DNA of 64,000 nt, from positions 29,993-93,992 of the forward strand of contig CAWKKU010000001.1 in NCBI GenBank assembly GCA_963850295.1, in the 5' to 3' direction. A program made the position numbers and the translations under genes. Of the stretch, positions 48,044 through 56,270 are shown in pieces. The DNA is from Vicinamibacterales bacterium (GTDB lineage: Bacteria > Acidobacteriota > Vicinamibacteria > Vicinamibacterales > JAMQPK01). The notes beneath the pieces are model-generated. The model ran no database searches. It saw only the letters and a program-made list of their open reading frames with translations, and was not told the origin of the DNA. Within the stretch, counting starts at the first letter, position 1, and every line of letters starts with the position of its first letter.

Positions 48044-48651
48044 TGAGTGGTGCCCGCGCGGAGATGTTCCGCTGCCAGCAGAAATGCCGCTGCGATTGAC
48101 GCAGGGCCGAGCACCATCTCGACGCGCTGTTTCGACAGAAACAAGCCGCCGGCGACGAACACCACCCCAAGCGCTACCGCGAAGTAACCGGCGACTCGAT
48201 GCGTCTTGATCCAGACGTCGCGGTCCGCGAGCGTCCGCCGCGTACGAATTCCGAATGCCAGGTTCGGCCGCGTTCGAGGCAGAAGATTGCCGACGTAGAT
48301 TGCCACAAGCCCGAACATCACGATCGGGACGCGAGCGAGCCCCGAGCTCTGCGCGAGGGGTCCGGCCAGCGCCGCCACGATCGACGCGTGCAGTGCGACG
48401 ACGAACACGATGACTCCAAACAGGATTCGGGTGTAGGTCGTCGCAAGATCGCCGTTACCGGCGGACGACCTGTCCTTTGCAAGGATGAGCGTCGCGGACA
48501 CATAGATGACGGCAGCCGTGGAGGGCAGGAGCACGGCGATGAGCGCGGTTTCGAGGAGCGTCAGCGTTCCGGCCAGCCGGACGGCTCCGGCGATGCCGAT
48601 TCCATACCCCACCGCGATGAGCGCCCATATCCGCCACTGGGTTCCGGTCAT
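48031..48651 (-). CDS. SdpI family immunity-like membrane protein
   Basis: GNLLPRTRPNLAFGIRTRRTLADRDVWIKTHR; downstream of an ArsR regulator. Confidence 0.8.
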   Translation of the reverse strand: MTGTQWRIWALIAVGYGIGIAGAVRLAGTLTLLETALIAVLLPSTAAVIYVSATLILAKDRSSAGNGDLATTYTRILFGVIVFVVALHASIVAALAGPLAQSSGLARVPIVMFGLVAIYVGNLLPRTRPNLAFGIRTRRTLADRDVWIKTHRVAGYFAVALGVVFVAGGLFLSKQRVEMVLGPASIAAAFLLAAEHLRAGTTQANR

Positions 48652-48652
48652 G

Positions 48653-48973
48653 TCACGCCTCACTTTCGCGCGTTCGCTGCGCCCGGTTGCGCCGTTTCTC
48701 CCGAGGATTCCTGGTCCACGACATCAAGTGCTGGATCAGCTCGTCGAGGACCGATGTGTTCAATTCATAGCGGATTTCCTGGCCGTTTCGCTCCGCGCTC
48801 ACCAGCCCCGCCTCGCGAAGGACGGCCAGGTGCCGCGAGATGGTCGGCCAGCTTGACTCGAAATGAGCCGCAATCTGCCCCGATGTCCTCGCGCCGTTGC
48901 GCAGGAGCGCCAAAATCTCACGCCGCGTCTCGTCGGCCAGCGCCCGGAAGCTCGCGTTCCGCGCCGTCGTCAT
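48653..48973 (-). CDS. ArsR/SdpR family transcriptional repressor
   Basis: FRALADETRREIL, WPTISRHLAVLREAGLV, YELNTSVL. Confidence 0.9.
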   Translation of the reverse strand: MTTARNASFRALADETRREILALLRNGARTSGQIAAHFESSWPTISRHLAVLREAGLVSAERNGQEIRYELNTSVLDELIQHLMSWTRNPREKRRNRAQRTRESEA

Positions 48974-49010
48974 AATTAGATAATTAGCACATTAGCTAAC
49001 TAATAGTAAA
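48974..49010. promoter_or_regulatory. AT-rich probable autoregulatory operator/promoter of the SdpR-like gene
   Basis: aattagataattagcacattagctaactaat: repeated ATTAG/CTAAT units abutting the ATG, with no Shine-Dalgarno sequence. Confidence 0.5.
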
Positions 49011-49052
49011 GCAAAAACGGTCGGGAGCATCGCGATCGGGCGAAACCGAGGG

Positions 49053-49463
49053 TTACTTCGTCACCTGCGTCGTCATCGGCTCGGCCTTGGGAAACACAAA
49101 GGTTGCGATCACTCTGGCCGTAACGTTCCCCTTGTTCAGGCCCTCATGAACCTTACCGGGCTCCACCGAAAACGTCTCGCCGGTTTTGTACGTCACTGAC
49201 GGCAGCCCTTCATAATCCATGGTGACCGCGCCTTCTTTGACATAGGCCACAAGCGTCCCCGAATGCATGTGTCGTCCTTCTCGCGCTCCGGCCGGAAGTT
49301 CAACCAGCACCATCGTCGCCACATACCCGCCGGGCATCGGAAGGTCCTGCGTGCGCAGGGGCGTTCGCGTGACCGTTGGCCCCGCGGGTAGCTGCTGCGC
49401 AGAAGCCGAGATGACGGCCACTACGAAGCCAATAAACGCAAGTTTTAACGCATTCCTAAACAT
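49053..49463 (-). CDS. Exported cupin domain protein
   Basis: Signal peptide; GRHMHSG, EPGKVHEG. Confidence 0.85.
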   Translation of the reverse strand: MFRNALKLAFIGFVVAVISASAQQLPAGPTVTRTPLRTQDLPMPGGYVATMVLVELPAGAREGRHMHSGTLVAYVKEGAVTMDYEGLPSVTYKTGETFSVEPGKVHEGLNKGNVTARVIATFVFPKAEPMTTQVTK

Positions 49464-49521
49464 CGCTTCCTCTCTCAGTGACTATTGGCTATCGGCGAAT
49501 GGCTACCGGCTGATGTGGCGC

Positions 49522-50427
49522 CTACATTTTCAGGAGGCGCGTCCCATTCTCCCAGACAATCTTTCGGAACACCTCAGGCGCGGCGAGCTTTTTCAGCTCG
49601 GTCAACGTGGCCCGGGCGACGCACCGGCCCGTGGCGCCGCCGCGCCCGTCGGGGCACGGGCAATCGCTTCCGAACATCAGCTTGTTCTGATGCCGCGCGA
49701 GGAAACCCGCGGCGAACTCCGGATCGCGAGTGAGAAAGTTGTTGCCGGAGTTCGCCGACATATCGGCGTAGAGGTTGGGATAATCGCCCAGCAGTCTGTC
49801 GGTCACTCCGCCAGGGACGATGCGGCCTTTGGGATATGCCGTGTCTTCGGCGTAATCGGCGCTGACGTTCGCCCAGAACGCATCCGCGTGCCCGATGAAC
49901 GTCGTCTTGGGAAACGCCTTCAGCATCGCGTCGAACTTCTTGAGACCTGTGTTGTAGGTTCCCGGGCTTCCCGGCTGATTGACTTCCTGGAAGTGGATGG
50001 TGATGGGGACGTTCAGCTCCGACGCCAGTGTATACACGCGCTGCATCTCTGGCCCCGCGGCCGCGACCTGCGACTTGATTTCACCAAATCCAATGGCGCC
50101 GTTCTGCACTGCAGCACGCAGTCGATCGACCGCGTCGGGCTGGGTCACGCCGATGCTCGCGAATCTGGCGAAACGCCCCGGACTCGCGGCGGCGATCTGC
50201 TTCGCGCGATCTTCGGCGGCCACTTGCGCGAGGAGGATCGCTTTCGTCACCCCCGAGCCGTCCAGATGGACGGCGTTTCCATCGGGCGTATTGCGAAGAT
50301 GAAGATGGATGTCGAGTACCGGCGAGCCCCATTCACTGGATGCTGAGCTTTGCGCTCCAGCGCGCGACGCCGCCGCCACAACCGCCACCGCGTGTAGAAA
50401 TTCCCGGCGTCCTATCGGCATGCTCAT
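49522..50427 (-). CDS. Tat-exported amidohydrolase family protein
   Basis: GRREFL Tat motif; DIHLH, GEIK, IHF, IGHAD, MFGSDC. Confidence 0.88.
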   Translation of the reverse strand: MSMPIGRREFLHAVAVVAAASRAGAQSSASSEWGSPVLDIHLHLRNTPDGNAVHLDGSGVTKAILLAQVAAEDRAKQIAAASPGRFARFASIGVTQPDAVDRLRAAVQNGAIGFGEIKSQVAAAGPEMQRVYTLASELNVPITIHFQEVNQPGSPGTYNTGLKKFDAMLKAFPKTTFIGHADAFWANVSADYAEDTAYPKGRIVPGGVTDRLLGDYPNLYADMSANSGNNFLTRDPEFAAGFLARHQNKLMFGSDCPCPDGRGGATGRCVARATLTELKKLAAPEVFRKIVWENGTRLLKM

Positions 50428-50436
50428 ATCACCCCC

Positions 50437-50485
50437 GAACCACGAAGACAGAAAGCCAAAACCACGAAGACACGAAGCCACGAAC
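50437..50485. repeat. CACGAAGA-type repeat patch
   Basis: accacgaagacagaaag...accacgaagacacgaagccacgaac; same unit at 36741-36790 and 60335-60450. Confidence 0.7.
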
Positions 50486-50499
50486 TAATGGGCTTTATT

Positions 50500-51621
50500 C
50501 TAGCCTTTGGTTCGTCGTCGAAACGGCCATATCAACTGGGAACCCCAGCGCGGCGGCACGGCTCTGCGATCGATGAGGCCGTAGGCGGCCGGCCACCTGT
50601 CCGGGAGGTAGTACGTCCCGAACAACAGGTCCCACACGGGCGTGTGAACCGCGAAGTTCTTGTCGATCGCCTCACGTTCGGCGCTGTGATGCCAGTGATG
50701 AAAGGCGGGTGTCGCAAACAGCCGGCGGATCGGCCGGAATTCCCAGCGGACATTGGCGTGGATGAAGGTCGCCTGTGCCGCCACGAGGAATACATAAACC
50801 ATCAGCGCCCGTTCGGAGAAGCCGAGCACGAAAATCGGGACGTAGGTCAGCCCCCGGGTGGCGATGACGTCGACGAGATGCAGGCGCGAGCCGGCCAGCC
50901 AGTCCATGTCTTCGACGGAGTGATGAATGGCGTGAAACGGCCAGAGAAACGGCACCGCATGAAAGGTGCGGTGGACCCAGTACTGCGTGAAATCGGCGAC
51001 CAGGAGCAGCGCCGGCACCTGGGCCACGAGCGGCATCGACCCGATCGCGTTGCTGATCTGCGCCACGCGCGCCCAGCCAAACAGAATCAGCGCCGGCCCG
51101 AGCGTGAGAATTGCCAGCAGTTCGATCAGCAACGAGTTGACGAAAAAATATGTGAGATCGAGCGTCCAGTGCCGGCGGAACAGTTGCTGTTCCCGCTTGC
51201 GCGCAAAGATGCGCTCGAGCGGAATGAACACCGCGGAGTACAAGAGCAGATTCAGAATGAAAAAATCGAGACCGAGCCACGACCGTCCGGTCATGTCGCC
51301 GCCGACCGGCGCCTGCGATCCTCCGAGCAGCGCCGCGGCAAGAGTAAAACCGATGCCGGTAAGCGCCAGCATCTTGTTCGCCCGGAGAAAAGCACTGGCG
51401 CTGCCGAGAAGAAACGACGTCACGAGCGTCACGTGAATGATCGCGCGCAGGTAGCCCTCCGCGTAGAGAGGCCGAAGCTCCGCGTACGTCAGGTACTGTG
51501 GAAAGTGGAACGCGAGAACGGCACCAAACCCCGCGATGCCCAGCAGTGCCGATAAGAGACCGCTGATGAATCCATACCCGAACGACGTCGGCTCCGTCGT
51601 CTCGAGCGAAAGATTACGCAC
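50500..51621 (-). CDS. Sterol desaturase/fatty-acid hydroxylase superfamily protein
   Basis: His boxes YWVHRTFH, HAIHHS, FIHAN, FHHWHH; multi-TM N-terminal extension. Confidence 0.9.
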   Translation of the reverse strand: MRNLSLETTEPTSFGYGFISGLLSALLGIAGFGAVLAFHFPQYLTYAELRPLYAEGYLRAIIHVTLVTSFLLGSASAFLRANKMLALTGIGFTLAAALLGGSQAPVGGDMTGRSWLGLDFFILNLLLYSAVFIPLERIFARKREQQLFRRHWTLDLTYFFVNSLLIELLAILTLGPALILFGWARVAQISNAIGSMPLVAQVPALLLVADFTQYWVHRTFHAVPFLWPFHAIHHSVEDMDWLAGSRLHLVDVIATRGLTYVPIFVLGFSERALMVYVFLVAAQATFIHANVRWEFRPIRRLFATPAFHHWHHSAEREAIDKNFAVHTPVWDLLFGTYYLPDRWPAAYGLIDRRAVPPRWGSQLIWPFRRRTKG

Positions 51622-52312
51622 TCCCTACCTCATACCGCACGTCATCCTCGCGCGGCCGCGCGCCAGTGATACGCCTGACGATCCATTCAGCGCGCCGGAA
51701 GAATCCGATCGCCTCGAGCGGGCGATTGCACCATCCTGTCGTAATACAGTAGCTCGCGTCGTAGGGACGCGCATGATGTGCGGCGTGTCCGGAGCGTCCC
51801 AGAATCAACCCGCAGTCCTGCAGCAATCGCACCACGGCTGGTGGTGACGGCATGTGCGCCCACTGGTGGATTTGATTGGTCAGCATGCCCACGCCGCAGA
51901 ACCCGAGCCCGAACATGGCGACAACGGCGTCACGGCTCGTGGTGAGCGGAAGCGACACGAGAACGGCGAGAACACAGGCGCCGATGAAGGCCACATCGCC
52001 ATTGACGTCGATGAAACTGCGGCGAAGAAAATCGTCGGGATTCACGTGATGGACGCGGAACGGAACCAGCAGCCGATGACCGACCAGCGGCAGATCGTCG
52101 CTCCCCCACGTATCGGCCGACCAGTGCACGAGGCCCGAACCGAAGTCCGCGGCGAGGATACCCAAGCCACAGGCAAACGGCGCCCACCAGGGCGTCAGAT
52201 CGGCGCGAAGTCCGGTACGAAGCGCGAGAACAACGACCAGCGCAGCCGCCGCGGCAATCGACGCGATCGAAAACAGCCGCTGGGATCGCGTCAGTTCGTA
52301 ATGGACCTGCAT
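51614..52312 (-). CDS. CarF/TMEM189(PEDS1)/FAD4-like lipid desaturase
   Basis: ADFGSGLVHWSADTWG, FRVHHVNP, TNQIHQWAH, HAAHHARPYDASYCITTGWCN. Confidence 0.88.
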   Translation of the reverse strand: MQVHYELTRSQRLFSIASIAAAAALVVVLALRTGLRADLTPWWAPFACGLGILAADFGSGLVHWSADTWGSDDLPLVGHRLLVPFRVHHVNPDDFLRRSFIDVNGDVAFIGACVLAVLVSLPLTTSRDAVVAMFGLGFCGVGMLTNQIHQWAHMPSPPAVVRLLQDCGLILGRSGHAAHHARPYDASYCITTGWCNRPLEAIGFFRRAEWIVRRITGARPREDDVRYEVGSA

Positions 52313-52372
52313 AGGTCTCTTATCGTCCGGTGAGCTTGTCCGAATATAATGCGGGAAACTGGGGGTTTTCGC

Positions 52373-53677
52373 ATGAAGCGGCAGTTGGGTCTCCTCGTCT
52401 GGGTCGCGCTCTTACCGGTCTCGCTCGGGGCTCAAACACCCGCCGCCAGCGCGGGATCCGAAGGCGAAGAGCGCATGCCATGGCTGGTCACCGAAGAAGG
52501 CAAGCCGATCGAGACGCGGCCGACCGAAAAGCCCGACAACGTGCCAGCGTTTCCCGGGCAGACTCGCGCTCCGTTTCGCGCGACGGCACCTTACAAGGTG
52601 ACGACGCTCATCGACAACCTCGAGGTGGCGTGGAGCCTGGCGTTTCTGCCGAGCGGCAACATCATCCTCACCGAGCGGCTGCCGGGCAGGCTGCGCATCC
52701 TTCACACCAACGGCACGGTGTCGCGGCCGCTGTCCGGCGTGACGTCGTCGCCTCGCCTGGCTCGAAAGATATCGGACTGCTCGACATGGTGCTCGATCCC
52801 AACTTCGCCGGAACCAGCAAATCTTTTTCAGCTTCTTCAGTTACATCGACGGCACGAACACCAACACGTGCATCGCGCGCGCGCGGCTCGACGAGAAAAA
52901 GCTCAAGGTCACCGACGTCAAAGTGATCTTCCGCGCGCTGCCGATGATGCCGTCGAAGCGGCTCGGCGCGAAAACCGGCGGACGCATGGTGTTCGACAGG
53001 GCGGGCAATCTGCTGATGCCGCTCGGCGATCGATCTGATTCTCCGCCATGGGATGTCGCGCAGAAGATGGACACCCACCTCGGCAAGATCATCCGCATCG
53101 CGCCTGACGGCACTGTGCCGGCAGACAACCCGTTTGTCGGGCAAGCCCGGCGTGCTTCCCGAGATCTGGGCGACGGCACGCGCAGTGTCGAAGGGCTCGC
53201 CTACGATCCGCGCACCGGCAAACTGTGGCAGAACGATCACGGGCCGCGCGGCGGCGACGAGCTGAACATCATCGAGAAGGGCAAGAACTACGGGTGGCCG
53301 ATCGTCGCGCGAGGCATCGATTATCCCGGCGCGCCGATCGGCGTGACGACGAAGGACGGAATGGAAGAGCCCGTCTACTTCTGGGATCCGGTGATCGGGC
53401 CGTCGGGCCTCGCCTTCTACACCGGCAATCTGTTTCCGCAATGGAAAAACAGCATGTTCGTCGGCGGCCTGCGCGGCGCGCATGCTCTCGCGGCTCGAGA
53501 TCGTCAACGACAAAGTGGTTGGCGGAAGAGGCGCTGCTCGCCGATCTGCGCGCGCGCATCCGCGACGTGCGCGTCGGGCCCGACGGCGCGCTGTATGTGT
53601 TCACCGACAGCGGCACGCCGTCGATGAGCGCGAATACTCCGCCAACCAGCAAGCTGTTGAAGCTCACGCCGAAGTAA
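52373..53677 (+). CDS. PQQ-dependent soluble sugar dehydrogenase (GSDH/YliI-like), several frameshifts
   Basis: Signal peptide; WSLAFLP, GLLDMVLDPNF, GKIIRIAPDGTVPADNPF, HGPRGGDELN, NYGWP, RIRDVRVGPDG, spread over four ORFs. Confidence 0.85.
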
Positions 53678-53684
53678 CGGGCGA

Positions 53685-54576
53685 GTGCCCATTTACCTCG
53701 CTCCTGCCGCTCGTCGGCGCCGTCGTCTATGTCGTTGCCGCGCTGTTATTGAAGCGCGCCGCCAACCTGGGCGCCGACGTCTGGCGCACGACGCGCATCA
53801 TCAATTACACGGCCGCGGCTGGCGTCAACGCCGTTGTGGCTGTTCGGCGGAACGATTCCTTCAGCTTCGTTGTGGTGGCAGCCTGCGCTCGGAGGTCTGC
53901 TTTTCCTCTCCGGCCAGTTACTGACGTTGCTTGCCTTGAACATCGGAGACGTCTCGGTCGCCACGCCGGTGCTGGGTGTGAAAATCCTGCTGGTTGCTCT
54001 GCTGACCGCGGTTCTGATCGGCGACCCGATCGGCGCTCGGCTCTGGACCGCCGCGGCTCTCAGCAGTGTCGCCATCGCGCTGCTCAACTTCAATCGCGAG
54101 CACACCCACGGCCGCGTCGGCACCACTATCATCCTGGCAGGGCTCGGCGCCCCGCGTATGCGCTCTTCGACGTGCTCGTTCAGAAGTGGTCCCCTGTCTG
54201 GGGAACCGGACGTTTTCTGCCGATCGCGATGGGGTGCGGGGCGGTATATTCACTGGCGCTGCGCCCCTACGGCGCAGCGCACAAGGCTCCCGAGGAGCAA
54301 GCGGGAACCGGCTACCGGTGGTGGCTCGCCGGGGGAGCAGCGTGCTTCGCGCTGCAGGGGCTGATGTTCATCACACCGATTTCGATCTACGGGAACGCCA
54401 CGACCGCCAACGTCCTGTACAGTTCCCGTGGGCTCTGGAGCGTCGTCGCCGTCTGGGCGGTCGGTCACTGGTTCTCGAATCGCGAGCAGCACCTCGGCGC
54501 GCGCGTGCTCGTGTGGCGCTTGCTTGGCGCGGTGCTCTTGATGATTGCGCTGCTGATTGTGCTCCTCAACCGGTAA
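53685..54576 (+). CDS. DMT/EamA family transporter (frameshifted near 53820 and 54150)
   Basis: Hydrophobic segments over ORFs 53685.., 53834.. and 53482..: GDVSVATPVLGVK, ANVLYSSRGLWSV. Confidence 0.75.
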
Positions 54577-54587
54577 AGGAGAAGGCG

Positions 54588-55481
54588 ATGACTCAGCTGT
54601 CCCGGCGGGAATTCGCGGCGCTGGCCGGCGCGACGTTTGCCGCACCACTGGCGGCCAGCCAGAAAACATCGGGCTCGGCGATGACGGCGCAAGATGTCGT
54701 TGACCGCATCCGTATGAACATCGGCGTCGAATGGAAGCCCGACTCCATCGACGGCATCAAGGCCGGCCAGCCGTCCGCGATCGCCAAAGGTATCGTCACG
54801 ACGTCGATGGCGACGCTCGACGTGCTTCAGCGCGCCGTCAAGGCCGGCTCGAACCTCGTGGTAACAAGTCTGCCGACTTTTTATTCGAGAACCGACGCCA
54901 GAAATCCGCCGGCCGGACGGCCGCCATCGGATCGTATCTTCACCGCGAAGAACGATTTCATTACCAAACACGACATCGTGATCTTTCGCTTGAGCGACCA
55001 CTGGCGCCTGCGAACGCCCGATCCGCTCGCGCAGGGCATGGCGCAGGCTTTGGGGTGGACGAAATATCAACAGGCCGCCGATGCCTCACGGTTCGACGTG
55101 CCGGAACTGACGCTGGAAACGCTGGCGGGCAACGTGAAGAGACGTTTTCAATCCGCGGGCGGCGTCCGAGTGATCGGCGATCCCCGGATACGCGTGCGGC
55201 GCGTCGGGCTGCTGCCCGGGACGACGCCGATCCATGCGTCGCTCAAGATGCTTCCTGAGGTAGATGTCATCGTCGCAGGCGAAGTGCGCGAATGGGAGTC
55301 GGTCGAATACGTGCGCGACAAGGCGTTTGCCGGTGAGAGAAAAGGGCTCATCCTGGTGGGCCGCGTCGTTTCCGAAGAGCCCGGCATGCAGGTGTGCGCG
55401 AACTGGCTGAAAACGCTCGTGCCCGAAGTGCCGGTACGCCACATCGCCGCAGGCGATCCGTATTGGGGGCCAACTCGATGA
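54588..55481 (+). CDS. NIF3-like protein with Tat signal and degenerate metal ligands
   Basis: MTQLSRREFAAL; DGIKAGQP, GIVTTSMATLDVLQRA; SLPTF, LSDHW and GRVVSEE where the paralog has His. Confidence 0.82.
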   Translation: MTQLSRREFAALAGATFAAPLAASQKTSGSAMTAQDVVDRIRMNIGVEWKPDSIDGIKAGQPSAIAKGIVTTSMATLDVLQRAVKAGSNLVVTSLPTFYSRTDARNPPAGRPPSDRIFTAKNDFITKHDIVIFRLSDHWRLRTPDPLAQGMAQALGWTKYQQAADASRFDVPELTLETLAGNVKRRFQSAGGVRVIGDPRIRVRRVGLLPGTTPIHASLKMLPEVDVIVAGEVREWESVEYVRDKAFAGERKGLILVGRVVSEEPGMQVCANWLKTLVPEVPVRHIAAGDPYWGPTR

Positions 55482-56269
55482 AAGCCGAAGAAATCATCGA
55501 CCGCATCAAGAAAAATCTCGGCGTCCCGTGGCGCGATGCCACGTATCGCGACACCTACAAGGCCGGGGGCCCGGAGACCGAGGTCACGGGAATTGCGACG
55601 ACAGCGTTCGTAACGCTCGAGGTGATCCAGCGAGCCGCCGCGGCCGGACTCAACATGATCATCCCGCACGAAGTCACGTTCTGGAACGATCGCGACGACG
55701 GGGCGGTCGTCGCGCAGGATCCGTTGTATGCGGCCAAAGTCGCCCTCATGCGAAAGCACAACGTGGTGGTGTTCCGCATGCACGATCACATGCACGCGCA
55801 GCGGCCCGACTTCACCTATGTGGGGTCCGCGCGCCTGATTGGCCTGGAGAGCAAATACGAAACCGCGCCGAATTCACACCGCTTCGTCGTTCCCGAAACC
55901 ACGCTCGGGGCACTCGCCGCCGACGTGAAGAAGCGAAGCGGCGCGCGCGCGCTGAGAGTGGTCGGCAACCCAAACGCGAGAGTCAGCCGCATCCAGCTTG
56001 GCGTCGGGTACGCCACACCTCCGATCGACAACGCGGAGGTCGATGTCGTCATCAGCGGCGAGCAGCAGGAAACCGACACGGGGCTCGACAGTCCTGAATA
56101 CGTCATGGATGCCGTGACCCTCGGCATCGCCAAAGGCTGGATCATGCTCGGCCATGTCATCTCCGAAGAAGCGGGGATGCTCGAGATGGCCGGCTGGATT
56201 AAAGGGTTCGTTCCCGAATTGCCGGTTCAGTTCGTCAAAGCGGAAGAACCATTCTGGGTGCCTGATTAG
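55478..56269 (+). CDS. NIF3-like dinuclear metal-centre protein without a signal peptide
   Basis: ATGA overlap with the upstream gene; DTYKAG, HEVTFW, MHDHMH, GHVISEEAGM. Confidence 0.85.
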   Translation: MKAEEIIDRIKKNLGVPWRDATYRDTYKAGGPETEVTGIATTAFVTLEVIQRAAAAGLNMIIPHEVTFWNDRDDGAVVAQDPLYAAKVALMRKHNVVVFRMHDHMHAQRPDFTYVGSARLIGLESKYETAPNSHRFVVPETTLGALAADVKKRSGARALRVVGNPNARVSRIQLGVGYATPPIDNAEVDVVISGEQQETDTGLDSPEYVMDAVTLGIAKGWIMLGHVISEEAGMLEMAGWIKGFVPELPVQFVKAEEPFWVPD

Positions 56270-56270
56270 T

